A stretch of DNA of 64,000 nucleotides from NCBI GenBank assembly GCA_951804945.1, contig OX638151.1, positions 80,476,001 to 80,540,000 on the forward strand. The letters run 5' to 3'. Made by a program: the position numbers and the translations under genes. This stretch comes from Podarcis cretensis. Its lineage: Eukaryota. The notes beneath the pieces were generated by a model. The model made no database searches. It was given only the letters and a program-made list of their open reading frames with translations, and was not told the DNA's origin. This document shows positions 52,105-62,893 of the stretch, piece by piece; position 1 is the first letter of the stretch; each line of letters opens with the position of its first letter.

Positions 52105-53122
52105 ATGAGCCGAACAGGGACAGCCAGAGAGACGGAGCAACCAGCTACAATGCAGAGTCTGGTAGAGAGGAACCGAGACTTGAAACAGCATGTAGCTGTC
52201 CTGACGGCATGGCTGGACGAAAGACGGGCTCAGGATGCACAGGTCAGACCCACCCCCATCTCAAGGAAGGTACCGGGGCTGGTACACAAGTTTGGTGGGA
52301 AGCTCCAGGACTACAATGCTTTCCGAACAGAAGTACAGTACGCTTTGGAACTGCAGAATGATGACTTTGCTGATGACGGGGAGAGGGTGGCTTACATTGT
52401 GGGGCATCTGCAGGATGGGGCGCGCGAATGGATCAGGCCCCTAATGGCGACGCAAAATGATGCCTTGAAGGACCTTAAGAAATTCTTCCAGACAATGGAT
52501 GCGAGGTACTCCAGCGAAGTGGAGCAAAGTGTGACTCGGTGGGAACTGATGGGGTGCAGGCAGGGGAGCCAGTCCATCAGAGACTACTGGTCGCGTTTTG
52601 CGATGCTCATCCACTGGCTCGGGTGGGATCTGGACTCTGAACCGATACAAATGTTTGAGGAGGGTCTGTCCCCAGCAGTGAAAGACGAGTTGTCCCGCGC
52701 ACCCCGCCCACGGTCGATGGATGAGCTCACCAAGGCTGCGCTTGCTATTGGCGTACGCCAGGAAGCGCGGGCTCAGGAGAAGCGCGAAGGGAGAGGGGAA
52801 CGTTGCCATGACTACCGCATTCCTGAGATACCGAGACAGCCTTCCCAGGCGGCGGAGCCAATGGAAATTGATGGCGTGCGAGAGAGGTTTCAAACTCCAG
52901 TGAAGGTCGCAAAAGGGAGGGAAAGGAGTGGAAAACTACCAATAAGTGTTTCCTCTGTCAACGACCAGGACATTTTGCTAAGGTCTGCCCTCAAAGAAAA
53001 GCCTGGCAAGGGATGGTGGGGGCTGCTGGCTGTGAGGAGAAGGGGGAGGAAGGGCAGGCACAGGGAAATGACAACGCCTGGCTGCCAATCAGCAGGGGCA
53101 GCAGCCAGGCCAGCAACCAATA
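52105..53122 (+). pseudogene. gag: Gypsy gag (PEG10/sushi-like capsid and CCHC zinc knuckle), frameshifted
   Basis: KFGG...ERVAYIVGHLQDGAREW...RQGSQSIRDY...FEEGLSPAVKDEL...AEPMEIDG. The zinc knuckle KCFLCQRPGHFAKVC (CX2CX4HX4C) starts at 52944 in a different frame, which ends at TAG 53120-53122. Confidence 0.9.
53063..53110 (+). promoter_or_regulatory. -1 programmed ribosomal frameshift signal at the gag/pol junction
   Basis: Slippery heptamer G GGA AAT (53063-53069) in the gag phase, a 6-nt spacer, and a perfect 10-bp stem GCCTGGCTGC (53076-53085) / GCAGCCAGGC (53101-53110). The protease is in the -1 frame. Confidence 0.8.
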
Positions 53123-53125
53123 GAA

Positions 53126-54410
53126 GTGCCCCAGCCTGACCCTCCCAAGGCAGCTATAGCCATAGAAGTGGTGCTAGAACTCCCAAATGGGCACCCCGTC
53201 AAAGTTAAGGGGCTGCTGGATTTGGGAAGCTCATGTAATTTCTTCAGCAGGGACTTCGCTCTGGAGCACCAACTCCACCTGCTGCCCCTAGATTTTCCCT
53301 TGCAAGTGACCACCATCGATGGCAGGGAACTTCTGGGGGGGGGGAGTGACACACCAGACCCTGCCAATGCAAATGAGGGTGTCCAGGCACACGGAGACCA
53401 TTGCCTTTCACGTGGCCACACTGGCAGGACCCCCAATAATACTGGGGATGAGCTGGCTGGCACTACATGATCCAGTAGTGTCATGGCATCAGCGGTCAGT
53501 CACCTTAGGGTCAGCTTACTGCTTAGAACACTGTCTGGGAGGGGAGAACCCAAGAATGATGGTGGCCAGAGTGGCTGGGCTGGCCGTGGAACAAAGAGGG
53601 GAGGTGCCACCACAATATGCTGACCTTCCTACCACAATATGCTGACCTTCAGCGAGAAGGAGGCAGATAGACTACCCCCCCAGGCCCCTTGACTGCCAAA
53701 TCAACTTACTCCCAGGGGCTCAGCTGCCGGTGGGTAAGCTGTATGCCATGTCCGACCGGGAGATGCAGGAGTTGCGGCAATTTATTGACAAGAACCTGAA
53801 GCGGGGGTTCATAAGGGAATCAAAGGTGGTGGGGGACAGTCCGGTGTTCTTTGTGGACAAAAAAGAGACTAATCAGCCCAGATTAATCGTGGATTACCGG
53901 GCATTAAATCTGGTGTCAGAACCCGTGACCTTCCCAATGCCCAGGATTGACGACATTTTAACACGGGTGAGGCAGGGGAAAATTTTTACCAAGCTGGACC
54001 TCAGGGGAGCGTACAATTTGATTAGGATAAAGGAGGGGGACGAATGGAAAACTACCATGTTCACCCCGCTAGGGGCTTTTGAGTACGTAGTCATGCCATT
54101 TGGATTACAATCGGGCTCCGCCTGCTTTCAAGCATTCATGCACCACGTGTTGGGACCCCTGCTGTACAAGAATTGCGTAGCCTTTTTGGATGACGTCTTA
54201 ATCTATTCGGACAATGAGAAGCAACACGTCAGAGACGTCAGGGAAGTACTACAGAGACTGCAGAAGTACCAGTTGTGGGTCAAGCTGGAAAAATGCCAAT
54301 TTCACGCCAGAGAGGTTGAGTTTCTGGGGTACAAGGGCCTAGCTATGGACCCAAGCAAGGTGATGGCAGTGCTGGAATGGAAGGCCCCCAAAACCCGGAA
54401 GGATGTGCAG
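53126..54410 (+). pseudogene. pol: Gypsy pol: aspartic protease and reverse transcriptase, frameshifted and truncated
   Basis: Protease GLLD(L)GSSCNF...IILGMSWL. RT motifs PRLIVDYRALN, KLDLRGAYNLIRIKEGDEWKT, MPFGL, FLDDVLIYS, KLEKCQF...VEFLGY. It ends at KDVQR where the deletion joins the LTR remnant. Confidence 0.93.
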
Positions 54411-54480
54411 AGGGTTCACCCAGGTAACTCAGCCAGGTGTGGCGACAACTTACGCATGAGCTACCCCTAGAACCATTACA
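54411..54480 (+). repeat. 3' LTR remnant (70 bp)
   Basis: 63 of 70 positions are identical to 51982-52051 by manual alignment. Confidence 0.9.
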
Positions 54481-54835
54481 ACTGCCTTCCGCACTTTGGC
54501 CAGACTCATGCTGGTAGCTTTGAGAACACTGTCCAACCATCTCATCCTCTGTCATCCCCTTCTCCTTGTGCCCTCAATCTTTCCCAACATCAGGGTCTTT
54601 TCCAGGGAGTCTTCTCTTCTCATGAGGTGGCCAAAGTATTGGAGCCTCAGCTTCACAATCTGTCCTTACAGTGAGCACTCAGGGCTGATTTCCTTAAGAA
54701 TGGATAGGTTTGATCTTCTTGCAGTCCATGGGACTCTCAAGAGTCTCCTCCAGCACCATAATTCAAAAGCATCAATTCTTCAGCTATCAGCCTTCTTGAT
54801 GGTCCAGCTCTCACTTCTATACATCACTACTGGGA

Positions 54836-55536
54836 AAACCATAGCTTTTACTATACAGACCTTTGTTGGCAAGGTGATGTCTCTACTTTTTAAGATGCTG
54901 TCTAGATTTGTCATTGCTTTTCTCCCAAGAAGCAGGCGTCTTTTAATTTCATGGCTGCTGTCACCATCTGCAGTGATCATGGAGCCCAAGAAAGTAAAAT
55001 CTCTCACTGCCTCCATTTCTTCCCCTTCTATTTGCCAGGAGGTGATAGATCCAGTGGCCATGATCTTCGTTATTTTGATGTTGAGCTTCAGACCATATTT
55101 TGCTCTCTCCTCTTTCACCCTCAATAAAAGGTTCTTTAATTTCTCCTCACTTTCTGCCATCAAGGTTGTGTCATCTGCATATCTGAAACCATAGCTTTTA
55201 CTATACGGACCTTTGTTGGCAAGGTGATGTCTCTACTTTTTAAGATGCTGTCTAGATTTGTCATTGCTTTTCTCCCAAGAAGCAGGCGTCTTTTAATTTC
55301 ATGGCTGCTGTCACCATCTGCAGTGATCATGGAGCCCAAGAAAGTAAAATCTCTCACTGCCTCCATTTCTTCCCCTTCTATTTGCCAGGAGGTGATAGAT
55401 CCAGTGGCCATGATCTTCGTTATTTTGATGTTGAGCTTTAGACCATATTTTGCTCTCTCCTCTTTCACCCTCAATAAAAGGTTCTTTAATTTCTCCTCAC
55501 TTTCTGCCATCAAGGTTGTGTCATTTGCATATCTGA
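54836..55536. repeat. 350-bp tandem duplication inside BovB
   Basis: Copies start at 54836 and 55186 (AAACCATAGCTTTTACTATAC...). Three substitutions were found by manual comparison. Confidence 0.95.
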
Positions 55537-55955
55537 GGTTGTTGATATTTCTTCCGGCAATCTTAATTCCGGCTAGGGATTCATCCAGCCCAGCCTTTCG
55601 CATGATGAATTCTGCATATAAGTTAAATAAGCAGGGAAACAATATACAGCCTTGTCGTACTCCTTTCCCAATTTTGAACAAATCAGTTGTTCCATATCTA
55701 GTTCTAACTGTAGCTTCTTGTCCCACATAGAGATTTCTCAGGAGACAGATGATAACCCGAGGTATCACTGTACAAATGATAATATTATGCAAGGGCAGGC
55801 AGAGTGGTTCAGATTCTAAACTTTCAAAGTTGCCATGTCCAGACTCTAAATTAAAAGCCAGAACCAAAGTAACTGGTATACAACACCACATATTTTAAAG
55901 CAAATAACAGATAAAATTGATTTCAGTTATTACTATTTTTTTAAGTCCTAGGAAT

Positions 55956-55959
<4 letters not shown>

Positions 55960-55988
<29 letters not shown>
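55960..55988. repeat. (GA)n microsatellite
   Basis: Direct reading. Confidence 0.95.
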
Positions 55989-55990
<2 letters not shown>

Positions 55991-56132
55991 TCAATCAGTA
56001 GAGCATGACACTCTTAATGTCAAGGTTGTGGGTTCAAACTCCACATTGGACAAAAGATTTCTGCATTGCAGGGGCCTGGACAAGATAACCCTCGTGGTGC
56101 CTTCCATCTCTACAATTCTATGATTGTATGAT
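55988..56132 (+). mobile_element. tRNA-Lys-derived SINE with a CR1-derived 3' tail
   Basis: The head ctcaatcagtagagcatgacactcttaatgtcaaggttgtgggttcaaactccacattgg resembles tRNA-Lys(CTT). The tail ctgcattgcagggg...ttcc..ctctacaattctatgatt matches the CR1 3' end at 2100-2168. Confidence 0.8.
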
Positions 56133-59100
56133 CTTCACCTAATACAAAAACTGTTTTGGACAGCAGGCGTGCCTTCTTGGGTAGAGACCTTGGAGACCAG
56201 GGTTCAAATACCTGACTCTCAGCCTCTCATGGTTGTTGTGAAGATGAAATGGGGAAAGAGCAAACCATGTATACCACTTTGAGCTTTTTTGGAAGAAAGA
56301 TGGGATATAAATGTAAGGATAAGCAGTCAAAAATATGCTTTCACAAGCTGTTTGATGGCACCTGGAAACAACCCTTTTGAGGACGATGCATGGGCAGGTA
56401 ATGTGGGAGAGGTGGTGGTCCTTGAGACAGCTAGGTCCAAAGCTGTCTAGGGCACACTTCCACAATGAATGCATTCCACAGTCTCCCATACTCTTCTCCT
56501 GGTGTTCTCTAAAACACTTCAGGACAATGTTTGGGTGAAAAAAGAATATAGAATGATTCTAATTAAAGGAAAAGTCATATTAGGTTGTCTAAATTATGAG
56601 AACCTCTGCAAGAGATAGATTTTAGAAAATGCAGTAGAATGTAGGGGCAGTGAGAGTGGGAGAACAGCCAGTAATATGTCACAAGCAGCTGATTTAGAAG
56701 TTGTTAGCACATGGAGGACTTAATAAATCTGAGCAATGAAATATGAATCTCTCAGCAAAGTGGCTATGACTGGTATGTCTAAACCTGAAAACACTTGCCC
56801 TTAGGACATTGGTCTGTTGCTCTGCACTTTAATGCATCCTTAACAGCTCTTTAACTACATCACACCAAACTACAAATGATAGTTGTAAAATAGCAGTGAT
56901 TAGAGAGTCTCCTATTAATACAATTTTGTGTGCCAGTAAAAGGATAAAAAAACCCAGCCTTATTGGTTTGCTTGTTCCTTTCAGTCTAGGCTTGTTTGAG
57001 GTGAACAGTTAATGCTATAAGAAATATGAGCCTGGGAGGATAATTTTATCATTAAAAAAGGGTGGTCAGATTATTCTTCTGATAAAGATTATCTTTGTAA
57101 GGCCAACATTATTAAACAGTAATTCACATAAAACTGTTCAAAGTAATCTTATTAAATATATTTCGGAGCATTAGGAAAGCCTTCTTAATAATTTACTTTA
57201 ATGCTGAAGAAATTAATGGCACCATTTAAAGGCTCTTTGGCTAACAAATCGTAATTGGCACACGCAGCACGTATCGTGGCGTGCCAAAAACTTTGCAGTG
57301 TTAACATGCTCTTAACATCTGTATAATGCATTATAATCAAAGAGCTTGCACAAAATTCCCAGGATTTCTCCTGGGTTTTTAAAGTAATACTAGGAGAAGA
57401 CGACTCATCAGGCTGGCATCAGCAGAGTGATGAGTGAGTGAAGAGTGAGTGACTTAAGAGTTTTTCCATATCACATGCCTATGATATGAAGCATTGTGGC
57501 CTTTAGCTTTCAAAGGTGGTCAAGTGTTTTCACATGGAGGAAGACATGCTGGAAGATGGTAAGGTGTAGAGTGAACCTTTGGTATGCAGCATGCTCTCTC
57601 CCCCATGCCTATACTTGGAACAAATATAATCTTCAGTCTTCTACTTATGCACGGGAGAGACTAAAAACATTTTTATGACTAGTCAAAATGATCCTGAAGT
57701 AAACTATACAACTGCAGCATTTTTTACCATTGAACAAAATGAATGCATTGAGAGTGGGGTGGGGAAGTTGCTCTCTAGGAAATTGGGGTGGCTGTTAATT
57801 AAACCTGGAATCTGGTGCTGAGCTCTGCAGGTGTCTATGTTTCCCCTGAATTGGTTTCTGCATGGCCAATGCATCATATGCTGACAGTGCAATCCTATAC
57901 ATGTCTTCTGAGAAATCCAATATGGCTTGCTCCCAGGTAAGTGAGTATTGGATTTCAGCTTTACGTTGTATACTTATCTGGGAGTAAACACCGTTGAATA
58001 GAGGGGAACTTACTTCTGAATAAGCATGCTTAGGTTTGTACTGCAAATTGTGTCTCACCATGTGGACCATGTGTATTTGTAAAGCATGCATGTGTCCATT
58101 TTATATATTTGGGTATTTTAAAAATGTAAAGGTACACAGCTTTGCTTAGCACCAAAGAGAAACTAAACATGATTACCACTGTTGTTTTAAATGTATGTTT
58201 AATTTGGTTTTTCAAATAACAAACCAAACATCAAGGATATCAATGGGCCATTCTCACAAGTGCCTTGAAGAAGCTTACTGAATAAATGATCATCTGCCCA
58301 GAACATCCCTCCATAGCGGTCCAATCAGTCTCAGACAATTTTCTAGTCTTATCCTGCATAGCCATATGCATGATAACAAAGTTCCTTATGTCAACAACCT
58401 ATTGTTCAGGTGTTACTCTAGATGAGCAACTTCGAGGCCCCTGAGCTGCCTTCTTATGGGTATTTTCTTCAGATCTTTAAACCAGACTAGGGAGCCCTTC
58501 AAATGGAGGACTTCTTCAAATAGAGGAGGAGAGCACAAATCTGAACTGTAGTGAGACCCTGAAAGAACCTGGGGAATTTCAAGATTCTGTCCTTTAAAAG
58601 AAGCTGCAAACACCCTGCATTGGTAAGCAACCCTATGTATTGGATCCCTTTGGATAAACCAGTCCCCACTATGAAGAACCTACTGATGAAACCATCAAAC
58701 GAACTGTACATACAATCTAATGCCAGGTACAAAGCAGCTGTGATAAAAACTGATGCTCAAGGTTTCTGATCTTTAATATATTTGTGTGTTTAATCCAACA
58801 TTTTCCAATTTAAAATGTCTCTGGAAGGGAATTACATGTATGAATCGACCACTGTAATAGAAAGCTTGCATATCGCCTAACATTAGCTTCAGTATAAGGC
58901 AGAAGATAGGTCACTTTTCAGCTGCAAGCCACTGAGTGATGTGATACTGAGAATTGTGAATCAACTCTTACTTCCTATTCGAAATATATTTAGAAACAAA
59001 GCTTAAGATGTGCACGGACCAGGGTATTTACCGGTACATGTTTTGCAAAGGAAGCAGTACACAGTAACCCTCTTTGAACCATTTCCATTGGGAACTGGGA

Positions 59101-59196
59101 GGAGGCTAGAATGCTTACTGTAATAGTGTGGAAATAATTGTAATAATTTTATTTTATTTTTTGTAATTTTGTTGCCCCAGCAACATTATGGACATG

Positions 59197-59442
59197 AGAA
59201 CATAAGAAGGGTCCTGCTGGATCAGAACAAAGGATCATCTAGTCCAGCAGGCTGTCCTCACAATAGCCAATCAGATGCCTCTGAGAAACAGAACATAAGC
59301 GCAGTAATACTGTCCCACTCGTGACCACCAATAATGGATATTCAGAGGCATACCAACTCTGATACTGGAGGCAATATATAGCCATTGATAGCCTTGTTCT
59401 TAATGAATTTGTATTATCACTTTCTTAAACCATCCAAGTTGA
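59197..59442 (-). mobile_element. CR1-type LINE 3' UTR fragment
   Basis: agaacataagaagggtcctgctggatcagaacaaagg..catctagtccagca, the same family as 22605 and 24590. Confidence 0.65.
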
Positions 59443-59500
59443 GTGACAGAGCCAAGCAGAATAGGATCCCTCCCCCAACAGTGAAGAAAGAAACCCAGTT

Positions 59501-59503
<3 letters not shown>

Positions 59504-59538
<35 letters not shown>
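59504..59538. repeat. (CA)n microsatellite
   Basis: Direct reading. Confidence 0.95.
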
Positions 59539-59539
<1 letters not shown>

Positions 59540-62500
59540 TACTGTTTGTGATAGGAAGAATGATGTTAAGATGAATGAATGAATATTGTGAGGTTAATCG
59601 ATGCCATTTGAACACTAAGTGGCAACCTGATTAAAGAAATTAGAGCTAATTAAAGGTAAAATGTTTCCTCCTAAATTTCATTTCATGCATCTGATAATGT
59701 GAGATGTGCCACTCAGGGAATGTATTTCATCCATAAAGCCTAGATTTTATGGCTTGTGTATAATGCTTGTAATCGTTCGCTTAATATGTTTGGATATTAT
59801 TAAGCATAACTCATCTTCCAATATTATTTTTACTTGGATAAATGTCTGATGATTTTGCAAACTGCCTACTACAGTTGATATTACCAAGATAGACCGATTT
59901 TATAGCAGATGTTAAACCCAGACTTATTATCATTATTTTCAAACTGATGAAGCAAATTAGATGGTCTGCTAACAGAGGCCACAAAGTACATAAGAAGTGC
60001 CGATGAATTTTGTAGATTGTGGCAGATAAGAAATTAAGGCTTAAAACTATTGCTATGGGCTACAGAGCAACAATTAACTTTGCTATGAACCTAGGGCAAA
60101 ATCAAATACTTTAGCCTGTGACAAAATAGATGGCTGTAACCCAATGACAATGCTAGGCTGCTCCAAGGACCCCCTTGACCTAATACATATAAAAATAAAT
60201 CATTTCTTTCTCCTTTTAGTTAACTATCTACCGATTTAAAAGATGTGGACAGTGCCCTTCAGCAAAGCTTTGAGGGTGGTATACAAACAAAATGAGATAA
60301 TAGGCATAGATAGAATAAATAACAGCATGGTTAAAAATACATTTTTAAGTGTCTTTGTCTAACCTCAAAAAGATAGTGTTAGATGCTAAGCGTCCATGTT
60401 CCACTATTCCACAAACAGGCACTGTCAAGGAGAATTCTCTCTCTTCCCCCTGTCCCCTCTTGAATTGCCATTCACCTGAACTCAGATGGCAGGGATCACC
60501 TGGAACAGCATACCAGAATATTGCCTCAGAACATGGGCACCTTAGTTATGAGAGCAGGTGTTTATCCAGGTACATGGGCCCTAAGCCTATAGATTTTTCA
60601 AGTAAGCATCATCACCTTGAAATGTATCCAAAAATAGACCAGAAGTTCTGGCAAGATCATGCTAGATCAGACCAAAGACCCATTTAATGCACCATTCCAC
60701 CTCCAACAGTGGCCAACCAGATGCCTATACGAAGTCCATGAACAGGACAGGAGAACAGTGTTCCTGCCACCTGACCCTAGCCAACATCTACCAGCAGTAT
60801 TTTGAACTAACTGCAGCTTCACATTACACTAGTCAATCCCAGATGTTAACATCTTCATTCCATCTGTTGTTTCCTTCCTTGCCTGTTTTTGCCTATTCAA
60901 CTCTTGTCAAGTGCCATATAAATTATTCTTATGGGAGAATGGAAAGAAGATTATTTTAGTTGAAGCAAGAGCACCTTTGTGCTGTTTGAGACTGCCTGCC
61001 CACAATATCCAATGTAAGTGTGCCATAGTTTTCTTCATCTGCTGTTTTATTAACCAAATGAAGAAACCTATTTTAATAAAAATGTGTATGCAAGTCTAAT
61101 AATGTCTAAAATAAGATTTCATATCTTATATACATTGCAAATTCAGCCTGCATATATATATTTCTGATTCCTAATGGCAATCTCTATCTCCTAGTCTAGG
61201 GGTGGGCAACCTTTTGAGGGCCACATCCCCCCCCCCGGGATAATCTGTTCGGGGCCACATGCCAGTGGTAGACAAAGCCAGTGTCAAAACTTTCTCTTTG
61301 CCACCTCCTTCTCTTTCTTTCACTTTGACCTCACCCAGAAATCTGCAGGAGAGGAACAGACCACTCTTGGTCTGATAGCATCTAGAGGGCTTTTAAAATG
61401 AAGCTAAGGGCCTCATGCAATTAGATTGAGGGTCATATGGCTGTTCCTGCCCTAATCCAAGGATGATTAAAACTGATCAACAATGCAATTCTCTGCATTT
61501 AAACTCAGAATTAAACCCAACTGAGTTACTCTCACAGTTACTCTGTCTACAGGTTGTAGCCACAGTTATTATGTGTTGTTGTTGTTGTTTGCTGTTACAA
61601 AATATACTGCACTTTGCATCCTGTGTTCCCATTTTCATACATTTCTAGTCATCAGGATTCTTTTTTTACGGTGCTTGTGTGCACCACATATCAGCTTTCT
61701 ATCTATTATGTAGATCTTAGCCAAAGCATCTGAGCCAAAATATCTTCATATGTATATGATATACATCCATATTTATCTATCTACCACCGGAAGGGAAATA
61801 ATAACTCCAGATTCCGGATGTGCTGCAGAGATAAGTATAGCGAGAATGAGGTAATAATAGTTGTTTTTAGAAAGAATGTATTGTGTCTGTTGTCTGGAAT
61901 GTTCAAATGGATGGCCAGGGAAGTGTAATTTTCCATTAAAGGCATTAAGGTCAAAACAGTACACATATTTCCACTGTCGTTACTATCAGTGTGGTAGTTT
62001 ATTCTCTTTCTTTTTCAGTCCCTTCTGATTTCTCAAGTAAAAGAGCATGGTGGCACTTAAATAAGCAGAAATGAGGACAGCATGACACAACTATTCTTTG
62101 ACTTTGAGACAGTCTAAATAGCACTGGAGGAGCTTAAAGAAACATGTATTGGGACGTTAGCAGCAACTGAAAGCATAAACATCATGACAAAAAAGTAACT
62201 GTGAGAAAAGCCATTAAAAATAGTAGGGATTTTTAGTAAGCAAATTGAAGGTCTGAAAAGGGAATCTACTTATAGGGTTGCCACCCTTAGTCAGGATCAG
62301 GGGGGGTTCCTTGCATTTGGCCTCCCGTTTCCCTCACCACCCCCAATTTCCCGCTCAACTCATGTAGATAGGAAGGGGCCACTGGAAGAAACAGTTCTGA
62401 TGTTCATCAGAAATGAGGCCCATAAGCCTGCAAGGGAGGGGCTGTTTGTGGTGAAAGGAGGCAGCTCCATTCCTACCCAGAACAGACCATGGCTGCATGC

Positions 62501-62844
62501 TTTGAGCCAGCTGGGAGGCAAGCCTGGCAAATGGCTCCAGCCACTGCAAGACTGGAGATCATATTATCGCAAAGCCTGAGACCTGTGTGATCTCAGCAGG
62601 GCCTCTTTGGGGCTGAAGCAGCAGTGTGGCACACTCATCCACCCTACCGTTTGGCTTAGGTTTGTCACACTCTTCCAGGGCTAAGGTTGAGGGAAGGATT
62701 TTTTCATGCTCTCCAGATTGGCCATAGACATGGTTTTCACCTTTTGGGGGAGGTTCTTGAAGTGGGGGTATGGTACATAGTTTGGCTTGATTACTGTTGT
62801 CACAACTGAAGCAGGTGAGGGGAATGAGGCACAAGGAAGCTAAA

Positions 62845-62857
62845 TTTATTATTATTA

Positions 62858-62893
<36 letters not shown>
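62845..62893. repeat. (TTA)n microsatellite
   Basis: Direct reading. Confidence 0.9.

Larger units (their letters stand above)
51617..54480 (+). mobile_element. Ty3/Gypsy LTR retrotransposon of the Tf1/sushi (chromovirus-type) group, internally deleted
   Basis: TG...CA termini with a perfect 5-bp TSD ACTGC at 51612-51616 and 54481-54485. gag, protease and RT remnants are present. RNase H, integrase, the PPT and most of the 3' LTR are missing. Confidence 0.93.
51555..55752 (-). mobile_element. BovB (RTE) LINE, 5'-truncated, inserted in the MITE and itself split by a Gypsy element (pieces 51555-51616 and 54481-55752)
   Basis: (TTG)n at 51555 is the minus-strand (CAA)n tail. The RT segment reads KGVRQGCILFPCLFNLYAE...INNLRYA(D/N)DTTL...FTFLGS. 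11-bp TSD TAACCCGAGGT at 51544-51554 and 55753-55763. Confidence 0.95.
51320..55770. mobile_element. Tc1/mariner-type MITE (same family as 35394-35635, inverted), split by nested insertions: main part 51320-51554, terminal remnant 55753-55770
   Basis: Starts TA|CAGTGGTACCTTGGGTTA at 51320. The missing TIR end AGGTATCACTG|TA reappears at 55760-55772. Confidence 0.9.

Noticed and set aside
53609-53650. 20-bp direct repeat in pol (ACCACAATATGCTGACCTTC x2)
   Set aside because: A small post-insertion duplication that only contributes a frameshift and stop; not a regulatory feature.
52105-54470. Domesticated PEG10/RTL-like host gene
   Set aside because: It is flanked by LTR sequence and a TSD, nested in a BovB copy, and has multiple frameshifts, a stop at the frameshift site and a mutated protease motif. 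It is a decaying retrotransposon.
54496-55730. Long plus-strand ORFs (232 aa and 168 aa)
   Set aside because: They are antisense shadows of the BovB RT coding strand, repeated because of the 350-bp duplication.
55988-56050. Functional tRNA-Lys gene
   Set aside because: The acceptor stem is missing or degraded and the sequence is directly fused to a CR1 tail, so it is a SINE.
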